A stretch of 35,612 nucleotides of DNA from Chitinophagaceae bacterium (lineage in GTDB: Bacteria; Bacteroidota; Bacteroidia; Chitinophagales; Chitinophagaceae), in assembly GCA_046594375.1 (NCBI GenBank), contig JBKJSX010000110.1, positions 1 to 35,612 of the forward strand, written 5' to 3'. Positions 1 through 8,970 of the stretch are shown in pieces. The notes under the pieces were generated by a model that was not told where the DNA came from, searched no databases, and saw nothing but the letters and a program-made list of their open reading frames with translations. Positions within the stretch are counted from its first letter, which is position 1. Every line of letters starts with the position of its first letter. The position numbers were made by a program, and so were the translations under genes.

Positions 1-177
1 CTTCACGATGCATCAGAATATGTAAGGGTAATTGAAAAAAGACAGGGATTTAAAATTGGTTGTTTAGAAGAAGTTGCCTTCAGGATGAATTACATCGATA
101 AAAAAACATTGCTTAACCTGGCGGAGAAATTTAAAAAAAGCGGCTACGGAGAATATTTGCAAATGGTAGCTGGATGA
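1..177 (+). CDS. rfbA: Glucose-1-phosphate thymidylyltransferase, C-terminal fragment (gene truncated by window edge)
   Basis: Not in the ORF track. Frame 1 reads LHDASEYVRVIEKRQGFKIGCLEEVAFRMNYID...KSGYGEYLQMVAG*, matching the RmlA/RfbA C-terminal pattern (IEKRQG.KI.C.EE.A; YG.YL). TGA ends at 177. Confidence 0.93.
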   Translation, partial: LHDASEYVRVIEKRQGFKIGCLEEVAFRMNYIDKKTLLNLAEKFKKSGYGEYLQMVAG

Positions 178-191
178 ATTATCCAACCATA

Positions 192-215
192 TTTGTAATT
201 TACTTTTATTACAAA
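192..215. promoter_or_regulatory. AT-rich inverted repeat TTTGTAAT-N8-ATTACAAA between rfbA and the flippase gene (possible operator or weak hairpin)
   Basis: Perfect 8-bp arms at 192-199 and 208-215. Function is inferred only, and the AT-rich background makes chance possible. Confidence 0.3.
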
Positions 216-261
216 ATAAGATTTATAAGCAAAGAATTATAAATAATATTAGAATTCATTA

Positions 262-1788
262 ATGTTAAAAACAGAGTCTTACAAAAAAGGTATTTTACTA
301 TCCACAGTTTTTAATGTTTTTGTAAAATGTATTGCATTTTTTAACACCCTTATTATTGCATACTATTTTGGAGTCACCATTGATACTGATTTATACTTCT
401 ACGTATTTTCTGTTGTTACTTTAATTGCTAGTTTATTTAATGGAATGGATTCATCTGTTCTCCTGCCTGAGGGAATGCACTTACAGGAAAAGGATGGAAT
501 AATTGCTGGAATGCATTTTTATAATTTTTTTGGATACATTTATTTAGTTGCAGGGGCTTTATTATTTGTGGCTTTATTCTTTTTTTCAATTCCCATTTAT
601 AGCACTGTCTCAGCATTTAAAAGTGAAACTCTTATTAATCACAGGTATTTGTTGCTTATCAGTAGTGCAATACCCATGGTATTAATTTTATCTAACTATC
701 TCACAACTGTATTAACAACATTTAAATATTTTACTTTGCCATTAATTGCCAGCGGTATAGCACAAATTGTAGGGCTGTTTACATTACTTTTTTTTCATAC
801 AACAATCGGCATCCCCGCCATGCTAACCGGTCTGCTAATTGGATATATGATAAATGTTTTTCTACTTGTATTATTTATGTCATCTAAACTAAAATGGCAA
901 TTCGGATTTAGACGGATACAGATATCTAAGAGAATTAAAAAAAATCTGTTCTCAATCCAAATGGGAAACCTTGCAACGTTTACATTTAATTATGGAATAA
1001 TTGTTTTACTCAGCAGCCTGGGAACCGGTATATACTCTGCATACAATTATGGTATGCAGGTAATTAATATACCGCTTATTTTTATCGTAGCTCAAACATC
1101 TGCTGTAGCCGGAATAAAATTTAATGAACTTGCTGCGAAAAGCATGCATGTTGAATTAAATAAAATCTTCAATGAAAGTATTGGAATATTATTATTTTTT
1201 ATTGTGCCATTTTGTTTTATGACGTGGTTATATACTGATACGATTGTGAATTTTTTATTTTTGCGTGGCGGGTTTACCATTGAGTCTTCTGAAAAAGTAG
1301 TTTTGTTTTTAAAATATTTAATTTTTCTTACCCCCTGCTTAACGATAAATACTTTCATTAGCAGATTAATGACTGCAGATAAAAAAGTAAGCCAGGCATT
1401 TTATTTTCAGTTAGGTTTTAATATTATTTTTCTTTTGTTGCTTTTGGGTGTTACTTATTTTTATGCTGTCAATGGATTTATATTTACAATGTTATCTACT
1501 TATTATTTTTATATAGGCATTGCATGCATTTTTGTATTTAGATGGATCATGCCTTTTATAAATTATAAAAGTGCTCTGAAATCACTTGGGTTAATTTTTC
1601 TATATAATATCCCTTTTGTTTTTATTTGTTATAATGCATTTGAAATTCATCAGCCGTTAACCGGGTTAGTGCTGATTGGTATTCTGTATTATTTAGTAAT
1701 AATTATTACAAATCATTTTATTAAAATTAATAAAGGGGTAGATGCTTTTTTTACTTCCATTTTAAAATTCTTTCAATTAAAAGCATAA
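262..1788 (+). CDS. MOP-superfamily lipid-linked oligosaccharide flippase (MurJ/MviN-like)
   Basis: 508 aa with many hydrophobic segments. MurJ-type motifs IAYYFG...TDLYF near the N-terminus and FLRGGFTIESS. Lies in a glycan locus. Confidence 0.85.
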   Translation: MLKTESYKKGILLSTVFNVFVKCIAFFNTLIIAYYFGVTIDTDLYFYVFSVVTLIASLFNGMDSSVLLPEGMHLQEKDGIIAGMHFYNFFGYIYLVAGALLFVALFFFSIPIYSTVSAFKSETLINHRYLLLISSAIPMVLILSNYLTTVLTTFKYFTLPLIASGIAQIVGLFTLLFFHTTIGIPAMLTGLLIGYMINVFLLVLFMSSKLKWQFGFRRIQISKRIKKNLFSIQMGNLATFTFNYGIIVLLSSLGTGIYSAYNYGMQVINIPLIFIVAQTSAVAGIKFNELAAKSMHVELNKIFNESIGILLFFIVPFCFMTWLYTDTIVNFLFLRGGFTIESSEKVVLFLKYLIFLTPCLTINTFISRLMTADKKVSQAFYFQLGFNIIFLLLLLGVTYFYAVNGFIFTMLSTYYFYIGIACIFVFRWIMPFINYKSALKSLGLIFLYNIPFVFICYNAFEIHQPLTGLVLIGILYYLVIIITNHFIKINKGVDAFFTSILKFFQLKA

Positions 1789-3341
1789 TGAACATAGATT
1801 ATAGTCCTCATTTATTAGAATGGACAGCTGAAAAAGTAGGCAGGTTTTGGGATTTCCGTAATGAATACTCTCCTTATAATGATACCTGGTTTACACATAT
1901 TGCAGGAAAAGCTTTACTAAAATTTGTAAATAAAAAAATAAGGTTGGGGGGAAACATTCTAGATTATGGGACAGGTAAAGGGTTTTTATTACAACATCTT
2001 TTGGATAAATATTCAGGATTTAACCTTCATGCCTGTGATTTTACAGAAAGTATAGCAAAGGAAACTGATATAAAATTTAAAACTCATGAACATTTTAAAG
2101 GATGTAAACATATAACCCTTATCCCTTCGGAATATGAAAATAATTTTTTCGATGTTGTATTTCTCGTAGAAACAATTGAACATCTTACAGATAATTATTT
2201 AAACTCAACTTTGCATGAAATAAACCGGATTTTAAAACCCGGTGGAATTATTATTATTACTACTCCGAATGAAGAAATAATTGAAAAGAATTATGTTCAC
2301 TGCTCAGATTGCGGAGCTACATTCCATCAAATGCAACATGTAAGAAGCTGGAATGCTTCTAAGCTAAATCAGATAACGGAAAAATTTGAATTCAATAATT
2401 TCCTTTGCAAGCCGATTAATTTACTCTGGTTTCAAAAAAATGGTTTTTACTATTATAGTATTTATAAATTGAAAAAGATCTTTGGGAAAAAATATACTCC
2501 TAATTTAATTTATATAGGCAAAAAAAATGATACAATGAACAATACGTTTAGCGATGAGGTTAAAAGCGGTGCCAGGTTTGAATTTGGTAAGAACTGGAAA
2601 GATTTTCTTAATACTGTAAGTGAACAGGAAATTCAACAGGCTGCAAAAGATATAAAAAAATGGTTAGACACTGATAATTTAACCGGCAAAAGAATAATAG
2701 ACATTGGCAGCGGATCTGGGATTCATTCATTTGCTTTATACTCAATGGGAGCAGATGAGTTGATATCATTTGACTATGATAATGATAGCGTAGAAGCAAC
2801 AACGAAAATGTGGGAAAATGCAAGGTCACCTGCAAACTGGAAGGTTATACAGGGTTCCGTGCTTGATGATGTATTTATTAAAACCCTCGGATCATTCGAT
2901 ATAGTTTATTCATGGGGCGTATTGCACCATACAGGAGAAATGTGGAAGGCTATCGGAAATGCAATATCACTGGTAAAAGAGAATGGTATCTTTTGGTTTT
3001 CTATTTACCAAAAAGGGCCAGGATATAATAAAGCCCTGAAATTAAAAACACAGTATAATAACAGTTCTTCTTTGGGTAAAAAAATAATGGTATATAAACG
3101 TATCATCAGAATGATGATCGGCAGGTTTGTCAAACTAAAAAACCCATTTGCCTGGAACAGAAAAACTACTAGGGGAATGAATGTTTATAATGACCTCGTA
3201 GATTGGCTGGGTGGGCTTCCATACGAAGTTGCATCAAAAGAAGAAATAACTGATTTTTGTAATGCCAGAAATTTGGAATTAAAAAAAATATTTCCTGTTC
3301 CCGAAGGGGCATGCAGCATTTACCTGTTTCAAAAAAAATAA
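1788..3341 (+). CDS. Tandem class I SAM-dependent methyltransferase: two complete domains (aa 1-249 and 250-517), possibly two genes fused at an A8 run
   Basis: Two SAM-binding motif I sequences: ILDYGTGKG and IIDIGSGSG. Post-II motifs ETIEHL and WGVLHHTG. In-frame ATG at 2535 starts domain 2. Confidence 0.88.
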   Translation: MNIDYSPHLLEWTAEKVGRFWDFRNEYSPYNDTWFTHIAGKALLKFVNKKIRLGGNILDYGTGKGFLLQHLLDKYSGFNLHACDFTESIAKETDIKFKTHEHFKGCKHITLIPSEYENNFFDVVFLVETIEHLTDNYLNSTLHEINRILKPGGIIIITTPNEEIIEKNYVHCSDCGATFHQMQHVRSWNASKLNQITEKFEFNNFLCKPINLLWFQKNGFYYYSIYKLKKIFGKKYTPNLIYIGKKNDTMNNTFSDEVKSGARFEFGKNWKDFLNTVSEQEIQQAAKDIKKWLDTDNLTGKRIIDIGSGSGIHSFALYSMGADELISFDYDNDSVEATTKMWENARSPANWKVIQGSVLDDVFIKTLGSFDIVYSWGVLHHTGEMWKAIGNAISLVKENGIFWFSIYQKGPGYNKALKLKTQYNNSSSLGKKIMVYKRIIRMMIGRFVKLKNPFAWNRKTTRGMNVYNDLVDWLGGLPYEVASKEEITDFCNARNLELKKIFPVPEGACSIYLFQKK

Positions 3342-3374
3342 AAATTTAGTGCCTGTGTTTCAAATATATCGTCT

Positions 3375-4445
3375 TTGAAAAAAAGTATCCTTTTCATTAT
3401 TTCTAATTTTTTAAATGGCGGCGCTGAAAAAAATTTAGTCCGGGTTATAAATAATCTAAGTGATGAACATTACAGCATTTCAGTGTTGTGTTTACAAAAC
3501 ATAGGACACAATGTTGATCTTTTAAAACCAGGAGTAAATATTATTGATATAAATTCTCCCTCAATTTATTCTTCTATTTTCAAAATCCAAAAGGTTATAA
3601 AAAAAAATAACCCTGATATTATTTTTGGCTGGATGGGGTACATTAATGCCTACATGAGTTTTTTTATTCCTCTTTTCAGTAAAAAAATAATATGGTATTG
3701 CAGGGAATCGGGCTTGCCCTCATTTGTCAATGAACAACAAAGGTTTCCTTGGCTGTTTAAATACTTCTATAAAACATCTAACAGGTACCATCTTATTATT
3801 TGCCAGTCTCATCGCATGAAGAAAGATTTTCAGGATAACTTTGGTGTTCTGCCACAAAAAATGATGATCATAAATAACCCTATTGATTTTTTAGAAATAG
3901 AAAAAAATAAAACTTTCGTTCTTAAAAAAGAGGAAGGCAAATTTCATCTTTTATATGTTGGTGGATTGAGAGTTGAAAAAAGGGTTGAGTTACTTATAGA
4001 AGTATTGGCACTGCTCCCTGAAAAATATAAACTTACAATTGTGGGTTCGGGTAATCAATATGACAAAGTCATAGCTGCGATAGATTTTTACCAAATACAA
4101 AGCAGGATTGAAATAATTTTCGATTGTTATAACCCCGTGCCATATTACCAAGCATCTGATTGTTTGCTTTTAGCATCAGCTTTCGAGGGCTTCCCTAATG
4201 TAGTTATCGAAGCATTTGCCTGTGGATGCCCCGCAATAGGATTTAACAGCGAAGGCGGTACCAATGAAGCACTTGAAAATTATGGGGGATTTAGTTTAAC
4301 CAATGCAAAAATGCAGGAATTTGCTGATAAAATAATTTCGGTTTGTGAATACGAAAATTTAGATCGTGAAAACATTATTCGAAATTGCAAAGAGAAATAT
4401 GATATCAGCAAAGTTATTGCTGTTTATAATTCTATCCTTTTATAA
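3375..4445 (+). CDS. Glycosyltransferase family 4 (GT-B, WbnH/PglJ-like)
   Basis: N-terminal GGAEK and C-terminal EGFPNVVIEAFACG (ExxxxxxxE) motifs. TTG start. Confidence 0.9.
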   Translation: MKKSILFIISNFLNGGAEKNLVRVINNLSDEHYSISVLCLQNIGHNVDLLKPGVNIIDINSPSIYSSIFKIQKVIKKNNPDIIFGWMGYINAYMSFFIPLFSKKIIWYCRESGLPSFVNEQQRFPWLFKYFYKTSNRYHLIICQSHRMKKDFQDNFGVLPQKMMIINNPIDFLEIEKNKTFVLKKEEGKFHLLYVGGLRVEKRVELLIEVLALLPEKYKLTIVGSGNQYDKVIAAIDFYQIQSRIEIIFDCYNPVPYYQASDCLLLASAFEGFPNVVIEAFACGCPAIGFNSEGGTNEALENYGGFSLTNAKMQEFADKIISVCEYENLDRENIIRNCKEKYDISKVIAVYNSILL

Positions 4446-4450
4446 CGCCC

Positions 4451-5551
4451 ATGTCATCTCCTAAAATAAAACTTTGCATCATTCACCCTAATCTTAAATG
4501 CGGCGGATCTGAAAGGTTTATTTCCATCATGTGTAATACTATTAATACAGATATTTTTGAAGTTGAATTGTTTATACTTGATGGTACAGAGCCATTCTAT
4601 CAAATCAAAAGTTCCCAGATAAAAATCTCTTTTCTTGGTATAAAAAATGTAAGAAAATCGCTGTACACAATTGTAAAAATCATTAGAAAAAACAAACCTG
4701 ATATTTTATTAACAGCTTCCAATCATCTTAATCTTTTTCTCGGTATTTTTAAATTTTTACTTCCCAAAAAATTAATGTTTGTTGCCCGCGAATCCAGCAT
4801 AGTAAGTATTAACAGTAAAAGATCAAAATATGGAAAACTATATAACTGGCTTACAAAAAACTTCTATAAAAATATTGATCACATAATTTGCCAGTCAGCG
4901 TACATGCAGCAAGACCTTATAAAAAATTATAGAATTAAAGAAAAATGTACCTTGATAATTTATAACCCGGTAGAAGAAGTAGATAATTTAAAAACTGTTG
5001 TAAAGGCAGCAACAACTAAATATAAATTTTTTACAGTAGGAAGGCTTTCTGCTGAAAAGGGAGTTGACAGACTATTACAATCACTTGCCCTGTTGAATGT
5101 AGACTTTACCTTCCATATTATTGGCGATGGTGAAGAAAAAAATAATTTGCGCCAGGTGGCAACTAAACTCAATCTGTCGAATAAAGTTTTTTTTGAAGGG
5201 CAAAAATTGCATCCCTATGAAAATATGCATGATGCTGATCTTTTCTTAATAGGCTCGCATTACGAAGGATTTCCAAATGTTTTATTGGAAGCAGGTGTTT
5301 TAGGTATTCCCGTTGTAGGTTTTAATTCTCCGGGTGGCATTTCTGAAATTATTGAAGAAGGTGTAAATGGTTTTTTGGCAGAAAATAATAATATCCGATC
5401 TCTGTCCGATATAATTTACAAAGCCGCTAATTATGATTTCAACAGAGAGTTTATTATTAATCAAACTAAAGAAAAATTTTCAACAGGCAAGATCACCCAT
5501 CAATTGGAAAATTATTTACTAACCATCTATCGAAACAATTTTGCTGATTGA
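4451..5551 (+). CDS. Glycosyltransferase family 4
   Basis: GGSER, VGRLSAEKG and EGFPNVLLEAG motifs. Shares RES and IICQS motifs with the preceding gene, suggesting tandem paralogues. Confidence 0.9.
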   Translation: MSSPKIKLCIIHPNLKCGGSERFISIMCNTINTDIFEVELFILDGTEPFYQIKSSQIKISFLGIKNVRKSLYTIVKIIRKNKPDILLTASNHLNLFLGIFKFLLPKKLMFVARESSIVSINSKRSKYGKLYNWLTKNFYKNIDHIICQSAYMQQDLIKNYRIKEKCTLIIYNPVEEVDNLKTVVKAATTKYKFFTVGRLSAEKGVDRLLQSLALLNVDFTFHIIGDGEEKNNLRQVATKLNLSNKVFFEGQKLHPYENMHDADLFLIGSHYEGFPNVLLEAGVLGIPVVGFNSPGGISEIIEEGVNGFLAENNNIRSLSDIIYKAANYDFNREFIINQTKEKFSTGKITHQLENYLLTIYRNNFAD

Positions 5552-5581
5552 TACTGCATTTACAATCATTTTACATTATAG

Positions 5582-5589
5582 TAGCTTTG
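5582..5589 (+). promoter_or_regulatory. Bacteroidota -7 promoter element TAGCTTTG upstream of asnB-1
   Basis: Exact TAnnTTTG match in a 60-bp intergenic gap, 22 nt before ATG 5612. Confidence 0.6.
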
Positions 5590-5611
5590 CAGCTTTCTCT
5601 AAATTAATAAC

Positions 5612-7507
5612 ATGTGTGGTTTAACAGGCTTTTGCGATTTTAATAAAAAACTTTCCCTGTTAGAGTTACAAAAAGCAACTGAATGTTTACAACATCGTGG
5701 ACCTGATGCCTCCGGTACTGCCATTTTCACAACTCCGAAAGCCACAATTGGTTTAGGTCATAGAAGGTTATCTATTCTTGATCTTAGCTCTCAAGGTAGC
5801 CAGCCAATGTATAGCGATGATAAAAATGTTGTAATCATTCTTAATGGCGAAGTATATAATTTTTTAGAAATCAGGAAGGAACTTGAATCTTCAGGCCATA
5901 CATTTCATTCCAATTCTGATACAGAAGTTATCATAAAAGCTTATGAGCAATATGGTATAAACGCAGTGCACAAATTCATTGGCATGTTTGCATTTGCATT
6001 ATATGATATTAAAGAACAGATAATTTATATTTTAAGAGACAGGGCAGGGGTAAAACCATTACATTATTATTATAAAAATGATTGCCTTCTTTTTGCTTCA
6101 GAATTAAAATCTATTTACACATTTCCTGTTTTTGAAAAAGATATTGATGAAGAGGCAGTATCACTTTTTTTTAAATATGCGTACATAAGAGCTCCCTATA
6201 CGATTTTTAAAAATACCTACAAAGTTCGGCCGGGGCATTATATTAAAATAGATGTAACACATAAAACAGTTGAAGAAGTAAAATATTATGATGTACTGGA
6301 TTATTATAATAAACCCAAATTAAAAATTTCAGAAGAAGATGCTTTACAGGAAGTTGAAAATTTATTCACTTCGGCATTTCAATACCGAATGGTGAGTGAT
6401 GTTCCAGTTGGTGTTTTTTTAAGCGGCGGATACGATAGCTCAGTAGTGGCAGCAGTTTTACAAAACAATAATTCTCAAAAATTAAAAACATTCACTATCG
6501 GCTTTCATGAAGAAAAATATAATGAGGCACAGTACGCAAAAAAAGTAGCAGAGCATATAGGCACAGACCATAATGAATATTATTGTACTACAAAAGAAGC
6601 CCAGGATATTTTTCCTATGCTTGCCGATATTTATGATGAGCCCTTTGGTGATAGCTCAGGTATTCCTACAACTTTAGTTAGCAGCTTCGCAAGAAAACAG
6701 GTAACTGTGGCACTTTCTGCAGATGGTGGCGATGAGATATTTGCAGGTTATAACCGCTATCCCCAGTTAAACAGACTTAGCAATTTATTTACCAAAACCC
6801 CTGGAGTTGTGCGTACTGTTATTGCGAATATTTTGCCGGCAGTTCCTTTTAAATATATCCCTGGATTAAAACACAAGGCTCCCGCTTTTAACAAGCTTGA
6901 GGAAATTTTAAAGTCTGATCATCCTAGTACAATATCGGATACACTAAGTAAGCATTACACAAATAAGGATTTGTCTAAACTTTTACAACGATTTAACCAG
7001 GAAATCAACTTATATAGTGATATTGGAAAAATAAATAACAAAAATGATTTCATCAATACGGCGCTTGCCCTGGATTATAAAACATATATGGTGGATGATA
7101 TTCTTGTAAAAGTTGACAGGGCAACAATGAGTGTTGGCCTTGAAGGAAGAGAACCTCTTCTTGATCACCGGATAATTGAATTTGTTGCACAGTTACCTTC
7201 GGAATTAAAATATAAAAAAGGCAGCAAAAAATATCTTCTCAAAACAATAGCTCATAAATATATTCCGAAAGAATTACTGGACAGGCCAAAGACCGGCTTT
7301 GGCTTACCTATGTACGAATGGCTTAAAACCGATATGAAAGATCTTTTGTTTAATTACATAAATGAAGAACAATTATCAAAACATGATTTTATTAATCCAG
7401 GCAAAGCAATAAAATTAAGAGATGAATTTATTGCCGGAAAAAATAATAATGAAACCCAAATATGGTTACTGCTAATGTTTCAGATGTGGTGGAACAGGTG
7501 GATGTAA
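5612..7507 (+). CDS. asnB: Asparagine synthase (glutamine-hydrolysing)-family amidotransferase, probably a glycan uronic-acid amidotransferase
   Basis: N-terminal MCG (class II glutamine amidotransferase Cys), HRGPD, GHRRLSILD, LSGGYDSS (PP-loop), ADGGDEIFAGY, KVDRATM. Confidence 0.93.
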   Translation: MCGLTGFCDFNKKLSLLELQKATECLQHRGPDASGTAIFTTPKATIGLGHRRLSILDLSSQGSQPMYSDDKNVVIILNGEVYNFLEIRKELESSGHTFHSNSDTEVIIKAYEQYGINAVHKFIGMFAFALYDIKEQIIYILRDRAGVKPLHYYYKNDCLLFASELKSIYTFPVFEKDIDEEAVSLFFKYAYIRAPYTIFKNTYKVRPGHYIKIDVTHKTVEEVKYYDVLDYYNKPKLKISEEDALQEVENLFTSAFQYRMVSDVPVGVFLSGGYDSSVVAAVLQNNNSQKLKTFTIGFHEEKYNEAQYAKKVAEHIGTDHNEYYCTTKEAQDIFPMLADIYDEPFGDSSGIPTTLVSSFARKQVTVALSADGGDEIFAGYNRYPQLNRLSNLFTKTPGVVRTVIANILPAVPFKYIPGLKHKAPAFNKLEEILKSDHPSTISDTLSKHYTNKDLSKLLQRFNQEINLYSDIGKINNKNDFINTALALDYKTYMVDDILVKVDRATMSVGLEGREPLLDHRIIEFVAQLPSELKYKKGSKKYLLKTIAHKYIPKELLDRPKTGFGLPMYEWLKTDMKDLLFNYINEEQLSKHDFINPGKAIKLRDEFIAGKNNNETQIWLLLMFQMWWNRWM

Positions 7508-7510
7508 ATT

Positions 7511-8863
7511 TTAGACAGAACTCTTTTTAATTATATCCATCTTATTAAATAAAATTATTGCCAACATCGTATAAAAGAATGGCTCAAAGGGAGTTTTATA
7601 CCTGATGAGGGTGCCAAAATTAAAAGATACAAAGCCTACTAATGCTGCCATAAGCAAAGAAAAAATGAGAGAAAAAAGTAATAGCGGATCCTTTAAATTC
7701 CTGTAAATCTTTATCAGGCCTGTTTTAAACAGTAAAAGAATTATCAGCAGCATGGTGGTAAAGCTTTCTAAAAAATTGAGCAGCATCAGAGCATTGCTGC
7801 ATTCCCATATATACGGCCTGAATAACGATACATTCAGCGATAATAAAAAACTTATCGTCAATCCTGCGACGGAAAGATCGTTTGTTGGAAGTGTGTAGCC
7901 AGACCCACTGTTAAAGTCAGCGTTTATAGTTGTCATCACGGTTTGTAAGTTAGATGCTTTAGTAAAATAATTTATAAAGGCAGCCTGGATGATATTATTA
8001 TTATCGGCAATAAAATAGATAAGCACAGCTAAAAATGCCAGGTATATTGTTGCTTTAATAATTAATTTAATCAGCTTAGAGGTTATTTGCCCAATGAATG
8101 TTTTATAACTCCATACGCAGGTAGTTGAAATAAAAACATAAAAAATATAATCTTTAATGCTAAGTAAAATAAACGAACCTATAAGGAAGAGAATAATACT
8201 TGTTACTATTTTTCTATTCTTTAAAATATTATGAAATGTATAAAAACATAACCCTAAGCCAAACATGCAAAGCGGCTCTTTAAGAATGCCTGTTGTCCAA
8301 ATAATAACCGAGGGAATAAATAATGTTGTAATGGCAATATATTTTCTTAAATGTGGATACCGTTCATTGAATACTAAAAATATCATCCACGTCCCCCAAA
8401 ATGATAACAACGAAAAAATAAGTGCGATTGGCAAATAACTTCCAAAACAAAACAATCCTATTATTCCTGCAGCTTTAAACATAACATAATATGAAGCCGC
8501 AAAACCCGTATACCCCGAATGAAGCGCATAATCAAGAGCCTCGGAAGAATACGTTTTAGGGTTATTAAAAATAATCTCTCCTGCAATCTTCGGGCTTTTT
8601 ATAAAAGCGGTCCATATTTCATGTGCCCCGGTGTAGTATGAAAATGTATCTCCATATCCATAATAAAAATTAAGTATCAAGGCCAAAAAAATACATCCCA
8701 ACATCCGGCATAAAAGCGCTGGATAAATATATTTTTTTATAGGAGAATCAGCATATCGCTTGCGCCATTTTTTAACGATAAAGAAAATAAGTAAAAGATA
8801 TACCGGCGTTAGATAAAGGTCATCCCATGTTAATATAAATGGAAGTTGTGGACTAAATTTCAT
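7511..8863 (-). CDS. Uncharacterised polytopic membrane protein (candidate Wzy polymerase or GT-C-like enzyme), paralogue of 21972..23378
   Basis: 450 aa with roughly 10-11 hydrophobic segments. Motifs YGDT, WTTGILKE, FRPYIWE and NFGTLIRYK are shared with 21972..23378. The functional call is inference. Confidence 0.6.
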   Translation of the reverse strand: MKFSPQLPFILTWDDLYLTPVYLLLIFFIVKKWRKRYADSPIKKYIYPALLCRMLGCIFLALILNFYYGYGDTFSYYTGAHEIWTAFIKSPKIAGEIIFNNPKTYSSEALDYALHSGYTGFAASYYVMFKAAGIIGLFCFGSYLPIALIFSLLSFWGTWMIFLVFNERYPHLRKYIAITTLFIPSVIIWTTGILKEPLCMFGLGLCFYTFHNILKNRKIVTSIILFLIGSFILLSIKDYIFYVFISTTCVWSYKTFIGQITSKLIKLIIKATIYLAFLAVLIYFIADNNNIIQAAFINYFTKASNLQTVMTTINADFNSGSGYTLPTNDLSVAGLTISFLLSLNVSLFRPYIWECSNALMLLNFLESFTTMLLIILLLFKTGLIKIYRNLKDPLLLFSLIFSLLMAALVGFVSFNFGTLIRYKTPFEPFFYTMLAIILFNKMDIIKKSSV

Positions 8864-8911
8864 TTCGTTAAAGTAAGAGAATCTTTATGTATAAACCTTC
8901 TTTTATTCGGC

Positions 8912-8919
8912 TATTTTTG
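8912..8919 (+). promoter_or_regulatory. Bacteroidota -7 promoter element TATTTTTG upstream of the GT gene at 8971
   Basis: TAnnTTTG match in the divergent intergenic region. Confidence 0.45.
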
Positions 8920-8929
8920 ATATGGCTAA

Positions 8930-8947
8930 GGTAGTTCCGAGACTACC
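8930..8947. promoter_or_regulatory. GC-rich hairpin GGTAGT-TCCGAG-ACTACC in the divergent intergenic region
   Basis: Perfect 6-bp arms in an otherwise AT-rich 107-bp gap. Function unknown. Confidence 0.45.
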
Positions 8948-8970
8948 CGGGCTGAATTTTTAAATTATTA

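Noticed and set aside
5612-7507. asnB genes (this one and 23429..25270) as lasso-peptide cyclases or housekeeping asparagine synthetases
   Set aside because: Both keep the N-terminal Cys glutaminase domain. No precursor peptide, RRE or B protease is nearby, and the neighbours are glycosyltransferases.
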